From Planctomycetota bacterium (GTDB taxonomy: Bacteria; Planctomycetota; Brocadiia; JAADGH01): DNA of 64,000 bases. Every line of letters starts with the position of its first letter. The stretch's first letter is position 1. The notes below the pieces were generated by a model. The model saw only the letters and a list, made by a program, of their open reading frames with translations. It was not told the origin of the DNA and searched no databases. The stretch covers positions 64,001-128,000 of the forward strand of contig JBFMAD010000004.1 in assembly GCA_040755855.1 (NCBI GenBank), written 5' to 3'. A program made the translations under genes and the position numbers. Shown here one piece after another: positions 47,991-57,633 of the stretch.

Positions 47991-50240
47991 ATGCGACGAA
48001 TAGCGAGACTCGTCATTTTGGTTGTGTGCACTGGTGCGCTTCCGTGCAGCACCGGATATCTGTCGGCACAGAATGGTGCTGAATTGATAGCTGCCGCGCG
48101 TGATGGGAATACCAAGAGAGTGAAACAGCTTCTCGACTCGGGTCTTAGCCCGAACGTGACCGATGCCCACGGAAACACTCCCCTTCACTACGCGGCGATG
48201 CAGGGACACGAGAATGTAGCACAGATCCTCTTTTTGAAGGGTGCCGACATCAATGCGAAAAACATGCGGGGCACGACTCCCTTGCATTGCGCTGCAATGC
48301 ATGGCCACAATGATATAGGGATGTTCCTGATCGGCAAGGGGGCCGATGTAAGCGTGCCAGACTTGCCAGATTGCTGGACTCCCCTACATTGGGCAGTAAG
48401 TCACTCATCGAAAGAACTCATCGAACTCTTGATCGAGAAGGGCGCTGACGTGAACGGAAAGGACCGTTTAGGTCAGACCCCACTGTATCTTGCCGTGTGT
48501 TCGCCACTATCGTATCGACAGGAAATCGTAGACGTTCTGCTACGTAGCGGAGCGCAGACATCCCTGCTGCTCGCCGCAGGTGCAGGGGACATGCGCCGAG
48601 TAAGGGAGATTCTTGCCAGAGGAATTCCTGTAGATGCCACCGAGAAGTATGAAGAGACAGCTTTATACTGGGCCGCGAAAAACGGCCACAAGGACATGGC
48701 TGAGCTTCTCATTGACAAGGGTGCGGATGTGCGAGCAAGGACGAAACACGGCTGGACCCCCCTGCATTCCGCCGCAGGAAAGCGCGGCAATGTAGACCTT
48801 GTGCGCCTGTTGATCGCAAAAGGCGCTGAAGTAAATGCAACGGGCCACAAGGGAGACACGCCTCTTCACACGACTGCCCGAGACGGGGACGAGCACATCG
48901 CCAAGCTTCTGATAGATAATGGGGCTGACATCGAAGCGAAGGGCGCGAATGGTTGGACCCCCATATACTTTGCTGTGGCGGTCAGCAACAACAAACGAGT
49001 TGCTGCGTACCTCGTCCGTGTTGGCGCGAATGTCAATATTACGGATGACATAGGATGGCCCCCACTACTCTGGGCCGCACGGTGGGGCCACAAGGAAGGA
49101 GTGGAACTTCTCATTGCTGGTGGCTGCAATGTCAATGCAAAGGCCAAAGACGGGCTGACCGCCTTGTACTGGGCGGCGCAAGAAGGTCATGTGGAAGTGG
49201 CGAGGCTTCTGATCCGCGCAGGTGCCAATACCGAGGCAGGCTACCAGGGAATGACGCCCTTGCTCCGTGCCTGCTGCGTAAATCGGACAGAGGTGGCCAA
49301 GCTTCTCATCGAAATGGGTGCAGACCCCAAGGCTACAGATGGCCCCGGCACAGTGCTGTCGGTTGCTATCGGTAACGGAAACAAGGAATTGGTGGAGTTG
49401 GCGGTGGCCAAGGGGGTTCCGTGCAAGAACGGCCTGCCGTTGGCCTTGCGCTGTAAGCATCGAGATATTGCCAGATTCCTCATTGGGAAGGGTCCTGACA
49501 TCAACGGAAGGGACCCCGAATCTGGCTATACGGCGCTGCACTATGCATCAGGGGAAGACAAGGAATTTGCCGAACTCCTCATTGCCAACGGCGCTGATGT
49601 CAATGCGAAGAGCAATGGCGGCACTACTCCGTTATTCTGCGCGCTCGGAAGATCAGACATCGTGGAGCTTCTAATCGCGAAAGGCGCAGACATCAATGCA
49701 AAGCTCACCGGATGCGGCAGAATGCCCCTACACGATGCCTCATTCGGGGGGCACAAGGATACTGCACAGATTCTGATCTCGCACGGGGCAGATGTCAATT
49801 CTCGGGATGCCGAAGGCGGCACGCCGTTGCACCATGCTAGAAGCGATGAGATGGCCAAAATGCTCATCGTAGCTGGTGCCGATGTGAATGCTCAGAGCAG
49901 AAACGGGGAGGCTCCCCTTCACAGAGCAGCGTCATTCGGGTTTGTGAAGCTTGCCGAAGTCTTGATCACCGAAGGCGCTCGGCCCGACACGAGGGATGTC
50001 CTGGAGCAAACGCCCTTGCACTATGCCGCAATGTGTGGAAAGGAGGATATTGCGGAGATTCTCATCGCCGGCGGTGCTGATGTCAACGCAAGGAACAACG
50101 TTGGCAAGACCCCTCGGGATGTTGCTCGATCCTGGGAGATGGGGGAATTCCTCCGCAAGCACGGCGGGAAGACGGGAAAGGAACTGAGCGAGGAAGGCAA
50201 AGGGCAGAAATCAGAAGTCAAAAGGCAGGAGAAGAATTGA
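47991..50240 (+). CDS. Large secreted ankyrin-repeat protein (about 20 repeats)
   Basis: Signal peptide; many G.TPLH.AA..G....L...GADVNA repeats; lower GC. Confidence 0.92.
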   Translation: MRRIARLVILVVCTGALPCSTGYLSAQNGAELIAAARDGNTKRVKQLLDSGLSPNVTDAHGNTPLHYAAMQGHENVAQILFLKGADINAKNMRGTTPLHCAAMHGHNDIGMFLIGKGADVSVPDLPDCWTPLHWAVSHSSKELIELLIEKGADVNGKDRLGQTPLYLAVCSPLSYRQEIVDVLLRSGAQTSLLLAAGAGDMRRVREILARGIPVDATEKYEETALYWAAKNGHKDMAELLIDKGADVRARTKHGWTPLHSAAGKRGNVDLVRLLIAKGAEVNATGHKGDTPLHTTARDGDEHIAKLLIDNGADIEAKGANGWTPIYFAVAVSNNKRVAAYLVRVGANVNITDDIGWPPLLWAARWGHKEGVELLIAGGCNVNAKAKDGLTALYWAAQEGHVEVARLLIRAGANTEAGYQGMTPLLRACCVNRTEVAKLLIEMGADPKATDGPGTVLSVAIGNGNKELVELAVAKGVPCKNGLPLALRCKHRDIARFLIGKGPDINGRDPESGYTALHYASGEDKEFAELLIANGADVNAKSNGGTTPLFCALGRSDIVELLIAKGADINAKLTGCGRMPLHDASFGGHKDTAQILISHGADVNSRDAEGGTPLHHARSDEMAKMLIVAGADVNAQSRNGEAPLHRAASFGFVKLAEVLITEGARPDTRDVLEQTPLHYAAMCGKEDIAEILIAGGADVNARNNVGKTPRDVARSWEMGEFLRKHGGKTGKELSEEGKGQKSEVKRQEKN

Positions 50241-50501
50241 CTTCGAATTAAACGGCCATGTTTCTCAGCTTCGTGCACTTCGTGGTTTCTATGCTGCCTG
50301 CTTCCTTCTCTAACCTCCGTGGCCTCTGTGGTGAGATCACTCGTTGCTTCGCGCTTGCGCGGGAGTAATGAATCGGTGGGACTTCCAGATCATGTTCCCG
50401 GCCTTCGCTCACATACATTGACACCCCGATCCCGCCTGTGATAGGATGAAGGTAGAGAGGAACGCGGTTCTCGAAATTTCGTATCTACGGGAGATTGGAA
50501 G

Positions 50502-51779
50502 ATGGCTGTCGGACTGGGTTACGAGGATAGGTATCTGACCGAGGACGAGGCGCGCGAGACCATCGCCAGGGGCCTGGCGCAAGAGAAGTGGGACGGCAAG
50601 AAAGTGGTGGCGCTCATCCCCGACCACACGCGCAGCGGCCCCATCGGCATGGTCATCAAGATGGTCTATGACGCCATCGGCAAGCAGTGCAAATTGTTCG
50701 ACTGCCTCGTCGCCCTCGGCACCCACCCGCCCATGCCCGAAGACAAAATCCTCGAACGCTGCGAGCTGACCCGCAAGGAGTGGCGGACCAAATACAAAAA
50801 GATGCGCTTCTTCAACCACCACTGGGACAAGCCGGAGACCTTCGCCGAGGTGGGCAAGTTCACGGAGGACATGATCGAGGAAATCTCCGAGGGCCGCATG
50901 CGCGAGGAGGTCCCCGTGGCCGTGAACAAGATGGTCCTCGACTACGACGCGATCCTCATCATCGGCCCCACCTTCCCGCACGAGGTCGTCGGCTTCAGCG
51001 GCGGGAACAAGTATATCTTCCCCGGCATCTCGGGCAAGCAACTGATTGACGCCTTCCACTGGCTCGGCGCGGTCATCACAAATCCCAAAATCAACGGCAC
51101 GAAATGGACGCCCGTGCGGAAGGTGGTGGATACGGCCGCGGCGATGGTCCCGGTGCAGCGCTTCTGCGTCAGCATCGTGGCCCACTTCGGAAAGCTGAGC
51201 GGGGTCTATATCGGCTCGCCGGAGGATGCCTGGTCCGATGCGGCCGACCTGTCGGACAAGCTCCACATCGTATACAAGGAGAAGCCATACAAGCAGGTCC
51301 TCTCCATGTCGCCCGAGATGTACGACGACGTCTGGACGGCGGGGAAGTGCATGTACAAGTTGGAGCCGGTGGTGGCCGACGGCGGCGAGTTGATCATCTA
51401 CGCCCCGCACATTGACGAAATCTCCTACACCCACGGCAAGATCATTGACGAGATCGGGTATCATACCATCGAGTACTTCCTGGCGCAGTGGGGCCGGTTC
51501 AAGGGCTACCCCCGCGGCGTGACGGCGCACTCGACGCACGTGAAGGGGATCGGCGCTTATGCAAACGGCGTCGAGAAGCCGCGCGTCAACGTGACGCTCG
51601 CCACGCGCATCCCCAAGGCGCGGTGCAAGCGGGTGAACCTGGGCTACCGCGACCCCGCCACGATCAACCCCGCCGACTATGAGAACCGCGAGGGCGAGGG
51701 CGTCCTCTGCGTCCACAAGGCGGGCGAGATGCTCCACCGGCTCACGCACCCCCCCGCCTGGGCGCGATTCGGCGGGTGA
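50502..51779 (+). CDS. LarA-family (nickel-pincer) lactate racemase/2-hydroxyacid epimerase
   Basis: IPDHTRS, ALGTHPPM, PHEVVGFSGGNKYIFPG; TTGACA-N18-TAGGAT promoter-like site at 50418-50447. Confidence 0.85.
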   Translation: MAVGLGYEDRYLTEDEARETIARGLAQEKWDGKKVVALIPDHTRSGPIGMVIKMVYDAIGKQCKLFDCLVALGTHPPMPEDKILERCELTRKEWRTKYKKMRFFNHHWDKPETFAEVGKFTEDMIEEISEGRMREEVPVAVNKMVLDYDAILIIGPTFPHEVVGFSGGNKYIFPGISGKQLIDAFHWLGAVITNPKINGTKWTPVRKVVDTAAAMVPVQRFCVSIVAHFGKLSGVYIGSPEDAWSDAADLSDKLHIVYKEKPYKQVLSMSPEMYDDVWTAGKCMYKLEPVVADGGELIIYAPHIDEISYTHGKIIDEIGYHTIEYFLAQWGRFKGYPRGVTAHSTHVKGIGAYANGVEKPRVNVTLATRIPKARCKRVNLGYRDPATINPADYENREGEGVLCVHKAGEMLHRLTHPPAWARFGG

Positions 51780-51992
51780 ACGCGGCGGCGCATGGCCCTT
51801 GACTTCTACAGTTGTAGGTGTCCCCAGAATTGCCGAACTGCCGGAACTGCATCGGAGAAACGGGAATTCATCGGGTTCAAGACGGGGAAGAGCACGTGAA
51901 ACTGGTATTATCCTTTTGTTCCAGGATGGATGATGGTAAGGTAATGCCGAACGGAAAGTTGTCCCGGATGAATGAGTAGAGGATTCTGACAG

Positions 51993-53492
51993 ATGCCCAC
52001 GTTGAACTGGCTCGGTCGAGAGGATGCGGTGAAGGCTGCGGCCCGCGCCCCGTACCGCGTTTTGGGGCATGACCCGGCATTGTCGTTCGGGGACCAGGAC
52101 AACGAAAACATGCTCATCCAGGGCGATAACCTTGACGCGCTGAAGGCGCTGCTCCCCTACTACGCCGGGCGCGTCAAGTGCATCGCCATTGATCCGCCTT
52201 ATAACACAAAGAGCGCCTTCGAACACTATGACGACAACCTCGAACATTCCACGTGGCTTTCCATGATGTACCCCCGCCTTGAATTGCTTAGGGAATTGCT
52301 TACAGAGGATGGCTCAATTTGGGTTTGTATAGACGACAATGAGGCGCACTACCTCAAGGTCATCATGGACGAGATTTTCGGGCGGAGGAATTTTGTAGCG
52401 AACGTCGTCTGGCAGAAGCGCACATCTCCAGACGCCCGTATTGACCTGGGCGATGCCCAAGACAACATACTTGTTTATGCAAGGGAAAAAGAACGGGTTC
52501 AATTCAACAAGTTGACGGTAGCTACCGAAAAAAGATCTGGCTATCGTAATCCCGACAACGATCCAAGGGGACCTTGGGCGTCCACCGATTTCTCGGCTCA
52601 AGGTTGGCGACCCAACCAAATGTACAAACTGGTCACTCCGGGAGGCGTAGAATATGAACCTCCGCCTGGGCGTTGCTGGGTAAATGTCGAGTCGGTTTTC
52701 AAAGAGGTTTGCGCTGACGGTCGAATGTGGTTTGGAAAAGATGGAAAATCGAGGCCCAGGGTCAAGCATTTCCTTTCAGAAAGCACCGGAATTCGATCCT
52801 GGACTTGGTGGCCTCATGCTGAGGTTGGGCACAACCAAGAAGCCAAGAAGGAAATAAACGAACTGTTTGGAGCTGAAGACGCCTTCGATACGCCAAAGCC
52901 AGAGAGACTGCTTTGCCGCATAATCAACATCGCCTGCGGCCCCGGCGACATCGTTTGCGATTCCTTTCTCGGTTCTGGAACTACGACGGCCGTGGCACAC
53001 AAGATGGGCCGGCGCTGGATCGGGGTGGAGATGGGTGAACACGCGGTTACGCATGGCGTCCCCCGATTGAAGAAGGTGATCGAGGGCGAACAGGGCGGCA
53101 TTTCCCAGGCCGTCAACTGGAAGGGCGGAGGCGGCTTTCGATTCTACCGGCTTGGTCCGGCCATCACAGATGAGAACGGCCTGATTAACAAGGACATCCG
53201 CTTCCCCGTCCTGGCGGCTCATATCTGGTTCTCCGAGACGCATACGCCCTTGCCCAAAATCTCAAGGTCGCCCTTGCTTGGGGTTCATAGGGACACCGCC
53301 TTGTATCTGCTCTACAACGGCATCCTGGGGGACAAGAAATCGAATGCCTTGACCGGCCGCGTCCTGCGCGAGCTTCCGCCCCACAAGGGGCCGAAGGTCA
53401 TCTATGCCGAATGCACCAGCCTTGGCGACGACCGTTTGCGGCGAGAAAACATCATCTTCAAGCATATCCCGTATGACATCAAGGGACGATGA
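51993..53492 (+). CDS. mod: Type III R-M methyltransferase subunit
   Basis: NMLIQGDNLDALK, IDPPYNT, FDTPKPERL, DSFLGSGTT, AHKMGRRWIGVE. Confidence 0.92.
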   Translation: MPTLNWLGREDAVKAAARAPYRVLGHDPALSFGDQDNENMLIQGDNLDALKALLPYYAGRVKCIAIDPPYNTKSAFEHYDDNLEHSTWLSMMYPRLELLRELLTEDGSIWVCIDDNEAHYLKVIMDEIFGRRNFVANVVWQKRTSPDARIDLGDAQDNILVYAREKERVQFNKLTVATEKRSGYRNPDNDPRGPWASTDFSAQGWRPNQMYKLVTPGGVEYEPPPGRCWVNVESVFKEVCADGRMWFGKDGKSRPRVKHFLSESTGIRSWTWWPHAEVGHNQEAKKEINELFGAEDAFDTPKPERLLCRIINIACGPGDIVCDSFLGSGTTTAVAHKMGRRWIGVEMGEHAVTHGVPRLKKVIEGEQGGISQAVNWKGGGGFRFYRLGPAITDENGLINKDIRFPVLAAHIWFSETHTPLPKISRSPLLGVHRDTALYLLYNGILGDKKSNALTGRVLRELPPHKGPKVIYAECTSLGDDRLRRENIIFKHIPYDIKGR

Positions 53493-56092
53493 GGGCCGTC
53501 ATGTTCAAGCCAAAGCCATATCAGGAAGAAACGATCCAGAAGTTGGCGGACTATCTTGAATCGGCTCGCTTCGACGGGGCAAAGGCGGCATTCGATGCCG
53601 CGCCGCGCAGCGTCCCCGCGCCGTGGCGCAAGCCGTACAAGCCCTTGCCCGATCCCGAAGACGCCCCCTATGTCTGCCTGCGGCTCCCCACGGGCGGCGG
53701 CAAGACATTCCTGGCTGCGCAGTGTATCAAGATCGGCGCGAAATTTCTTGGCCGGGAAAAGAACCCCCTGGTCCTCTGGCTTGTTCCCACCAAGACTATC
53801 CGAGAGCAAAGCCTTGAGACTTTGCTCGACCCTAATCATCCGAACCGGCAGACCTTGGAAGCCGATTTTGAGGGGAAGCTCCGCGTCCTGGACATCGCCG
53901 ATTTCACTCAATTGACGCCGCAAGATCTACGCGACAAGGCATGCATTGTCATCGGCACTTTCGCCGCCCTCAGGGTCGGGGATACCGAGGGCCGCAAGGT
54001 TTACGACCATAACGAGCAATTGGAACCTCATTTCTCCCAAGTTCCCCCCGCCATGTCCGGACTTGAACTCCACACCGACGGGCCGGATAAAGACAAAGTG
54101 AAATTCTCCCTCGCCAATATCATGGCGTTGATTCGTCCGCTCGTGATAGTAGATGAGGCACACAACGCCACGACCGTTCTCAGCTACGAAGTCCTTCAGC
54201 GCGTTAAGGCCGGTTGCGTGATCGAATTCACGGCGACACCGGCAGGGGACAGCAATGTGCTGCACCATGTCTCCGCCTCAGAACTCAAGACGCAGAATAT
54301 GATTAAGCTGCCCATTATCCTGACCGAGCACCCGACATGGCAGGAGGCATTGACCGATACGATTCTCAAACGGAAGGCACTGGACGACTTGGCCAAGAAC
54401 GAGCCGGACTTTGTCCGCCCCATCGTTCTCATCCAAGCGGAGAGCAAGGACAGGGAAGTCACCGTGGGCGTTGTCGAAAAGTATCTCGTCGAGCAGGGCA
54501 AGATCGAGCGTGAGCGAATTGCCATCGCCACCGGGAGCCAGCGGGAACTGGACGGTGTGAAGCTCCTTGACCCATCGTGCAAGATTGAATTCATAATCAC
54601 GGTTCAGGCGCTCAAGGAGGGGTGGGACTGCCCCTTCGCCTACGTCTTCTGTTCCGTCGCCACCGTTCGCAGCGCCAAAGATGTTGAACAATTGCTTGGC
54701 CGCGTCCTTCGGATGCCTTATGCGAAGCGGCGCACCCATGACGATCTGAACAAGGCTTATGCTTTTGTTTCAAAAGGGTGCTGGCCTCGGGCTGTGAACG
54801 AACTTCACGACCGACTCGTGAACATGGGCTTTGACGAGGTCGAAGCCGCAGCCTATGTCAAACCGGAATTCGGGCCTACCTTGTTCCCGATTGAGACTCA
54901 ACTCCCCTTGCTCTCGTGGTCGGTCAAGGAGGCGCCAATCCTCGACAATCTGCCAAGCGAGATCAAGGAAAACGTAATGGTCGTGCGGGAGTCGGAGGGA
55001 ACGTATAAAGTTAGTGTGGCGGGCACGTTGGACCCTGAAGCGGAGGCAATGTTTATCGAGGCAATGCCTCAGTGCAAGCAGGAGGCAATCCGTCAGGCAT
55101 TTGCTGCGCGGCGAGAAGGCCTTCCCGGCCCCCTGCCGCATCGCCCGAAGATCGAACCCTTCCGAGTGCCGCAGTTGTGCTTGTGGATTGACGGCAAGCT
55201 CGAACCTGTCGAGCCGGAACACTGGCTTCCTGCAGACAGTTGGAGTTTATTGGACTTCCCCGCTGAATTGACAGAGGAAGAATTCCGGATTGAGGACACC
55301 GGGGATACTTATGTCATAGACGTACAAGGCAAGCGATTAACCATAGACTACGCCGGGCAACAAAAGAGCATAGCCTTTTCTGAAGCACCAGCAAATTGGA
55401 CAGACCTGGAACTGTCACGACAACTGGATCGCTCGCTCAAGCAGGACGATATCCGCCAGGAAGTGTTACTTGAGTTCATTCGCCGGACCATACGAATGTT
55501 GATTGAACGAAGGCGAATGTCCCTGGCTACCCTCTATATGGCTCGCTTGCCTTTGGAGAGGGCTTTGCGCCTTAAGATAGACTCCTGCCGGAAGAAGGCC
55601 GCGAGCAATGGATATCAGTCGCTCCTTTTCGGCGCACAATCACCCGTGGAGACCTCGTTCGTTTACGCATTTAACTTTGATCCTGACGATTACCCGGTCA
55701 AGATTCCATATAAGGGTGTTTTCAATTTTCCGAAACATTTCTACGGAAGGCTGATGGGCGATATGAACGGCCCGGAGGAAGAATGCGCACGCGAGATTGA
55801 GAAGAACCCCCACGTCAAGAGATGGGTCCGCAACCTCGATAGGATGTTCTCACTTCAGCTCGCCCACGGCAACTTCTACCCTGACTTCGTCGCCGAACTC
55901 GACGATGAGCGTATTTTGGTCGTCGAATACAAAGGGGAACACTTGATTGAACACGAACAGCAAAAGAAAAACATCGGCGAACTCTGGGAGAACAAGAGCA
56001 GAGGCAAGGGCCTTTTCCTCTGGGCAGTGGAGAAGGATGAATTTGGCCGGGATGTATACAGGCAACTTGAGGGTAAAATCACGGAGAAATGA
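53489..56092 (+). CDS. res: Type III R-M restriction subunit (DEAH helicase plus PD-(D/E)xK nuclease)
   Basis: PTGGGKT, IVDEAH, ALKEGWDCP, GRVLRMP, FYPDFV...VVEYKG; ATGA overlap with mod. Confidence 0.9.
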   Translation: MRAVMFKPKPYQEETIQKLADYLESARFDGAKAAFDAAPRSVPAPWRKPYKPLPDPEDAPYVCLRLPTGGGKTFLAAQCIKIGAKFLGREKNPLVLWLVPTKTIREQSLETLLDPNHPNRQTLEADFEGKLRVLDIADFTQLTPQDLRDKACIVIGTFAALRVGDTEGRKVYDHNEQLEPHFSQVPPAMSGLELHTDGPDKDKVKFSLANIMALIRPLVIVDEAHNATTVLSYEVLQRVKAGCVIEFTATPAGDSNVLHHVSASELKTQNMIKLPIILTEHPTWQEALTDTILKRKALDDLAKNEPDFVRPIVLIQAESKDREVTVGVVEKYLVEQGKIERERIAIATGSQRELDGVKLLDPSCKIEFIITVQALKEGWDCPFAYVFCSVATVRSAKDVEQLLGRVLRMPYAKRRTHDDLNKAYAFVSKGCWPRAVNELHDRLVNMGFDEVEAAAYVKPEFGPTLFPIETQLPLLSWSVKEAPILDNLPSEIKENVMVVRESEGTYKVSVAGTLDPEAEAMFIEAMPQCKQEAIRQAFAARREGLPGPLPHRPKIEPFRVPQLCLWIDGKLEPVEPEHWLPADSWSLLDFPAELTEEEFRIEDTGDTYVIDVQGKRLTIDYAGQQKSIAFSEAPANWTDLELSRQLDRSLKQDDIRQEVLLEFIRRTIRMLIERRRMSLATLYMARLPLERALRLKIDSCRKKAASNGYQSLLFGAQSPVETSFVYAFNFDPDDYPVKIPYKGVFNFPKHFYGRLMGDMNGPEEECAREIEKNPHVKRWVRNLDRMFSLQLAHGNFYPDFVAELDDERILVVEYKGEHLIEHEQQKKNIGELWENKSRGKGLFLWAVEKDEFGRDVYRQLEGKITEK

Positions 56093-56167
56093 CCTTCGGC
56101 CGTTGAACCTGCCTGCTATGACTACCGAGCGGAACCGGGCGGGGATCGAGACTGAACTACGGAACTG

Positions 56168-57403
56168 ATGGACGAACCAGGCCAACCTGTCAACTGGAAG
56201 AAAAACCTCGTCTTCGCGTGGATGTCGCAAGTCCTGTCGCTGACGGGATTTGCGTTCGCCATGCCCTTCGCGGCGTTCTTCATCCAGGAGGACCTCCGCA
56301 TCACCGACCCCGCCAAGGCGAAGGCGTGGATGGGGGCGTTCGAGGCAACCGCCTACATCAGCCTCGCAATCATGGCGCCGATATGGGGAATTCTGGCCGA
56401 CCGCTTCGGCCGCAAGATGATGATGCTCCGCGCCAACCTCGGCGGCGCCGTGAGCGTCGCGCTCATGGCCTTTGCGCCCAACATCCAGACGCTGATCCTC
56501 CTGCGCATCCTCCAGGGGGCGTTCTCGGGCACCGTGTCCGCCGCACAGACGCTTGTGGCCAGCTACACGCCCGACCATCGGCAAGGCATGGCGCTCGGCA
56601 CGATGAGCGCCGCCATCTTCGCCGGATCGTCGCTCGGCAACTGGGCGGGCGGCGAGTTCGCCTACCGCTTCGGATACCGCAACGCCTTCCTCGCCGCCGG
56701 CGCAATCTTGGCCTTGTCGTGCGTGCTGGTGATCTTCGGGATCGAGGAGCGGCTGGACCCGAACGGCGCCCCGGCAAATTCGGAGACGAGCAAGGAGGCC
56801 GATCGCTCGATGGGGCTGGCGGGGCCGATCCTGCTCCTCCTGGCGGCGATGGCCTTTGTCGGGCGGTTCGACTCCCCCATGCTCCCCTTCCTCGTGCAGG
56901 AGATTCACGGCAAGGTGCAGGGGGCCGAGTTGTGGGTGAGTCGGGTCAACATCATGTTCTGCATCGGGGCGTTTCTGGCGGGATTTATCTGGGGCTGGGT
57001 GGCCGACCGCGTGGCGCCGCCGAAGATGGCGCGTGTGTGCGCGGTGGCCACGGGGCTTTGCATGATCCCGCAGGCGCTGGTGATGAGCTTCGCCCCGCTC
57101 ATGGCGAGCAGACTGGGGATGGCGTTTTTCGGCGGGGGACTAGACCCGGTCTTTCAAATCTGGCTGGCGAAGGTGACGCCTGCCGAGCGGCGCGGCGCGA
57201 TCTTCGGATGGGCGGTCACGGTGAAGTCCGTCGGCTGGGGCATCAGTCCGATGCTGAGCGTATTGGTCGGTGTCACGTATGGGGTTCGGTGGTGTTTCGG
57301 GCTGACGGCGCTGCTGTATGTCTTGCTCATCCCGCTCATCGGATTTGTCGCGCGTCGCGTCACTCACCCGGCGACGGATGGGATTGCGGCGGAGGACGTG
57401 TGA
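56168..57403 (+). CDS. MFS transporter (MdtG-like)
   Basis: WKKNL, PIWGILADRFGRKMMMLRA, multiple TM helices. Confidence 0.9.
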   Translation: MDEPGQPVNWKKNLVFAWMSQVLSLTGFAFAMPFAAFFIQEDLRITDPAKAKAWMGAFEATAYISLAIMAPIWGILADRFGRKMMMLRANLGGAVSVALMAFAPNIQTLILLRILQGAFSGTVSAAQTLVASYTPDHRQGMALGTMSAAIFAGSSLGNWAGGEFAYRFGYRNAFLAAGAILALSCVLVIFGIEERLDPNGAPANSETSKEADRSMGLAGPILLLLAAMAFVGRFDSPMLPFLVQEIHGKVQGAELWVSRVNIMFCIGAFLAGFIWGWVADRVAPPKMARVCAVATGLCMIPQALVMSFAPLMASRLGMAFFGGGLDPVFQIWLAKVTPAERRGAIFGWAVTVKSVGWGISPMLSVLVGVTYGVRWCFGLTALLYVLLIPLIGFVARRVTHPATDGIAAEDV

Positions 57404-57424
57404 GGCGTCCCTGAACGAAGAGAC

Positions 57425-57450
57425 GTCATTCCCGCGCAAGCGAGAATCCA
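57425..57450. repeat. REP-like half element GTCATTCCCGCGCAAGCGAGAATCCA
   Basis: Short palindrome of the GTCATTCCCGCG..GCGGGAATCCA type. Confidence 0.55.
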
Positions 57451-57633
57451 CGCCTCACCACGAAGTTCACGAAGGCCACGAAGAAAAACAATAGGTCGCA
57501 GAATTCCCCTTCGCATTGTCGGGTGCATGGTGTATAATATGCCTGCTCGTAGTGAGGCGTCGGGCCTTTCCCACCACTCCGCATATGGTGCGAGCCGTCA
57601 CATGCTGGATACGATAGAGGGACAGGAAATAGA

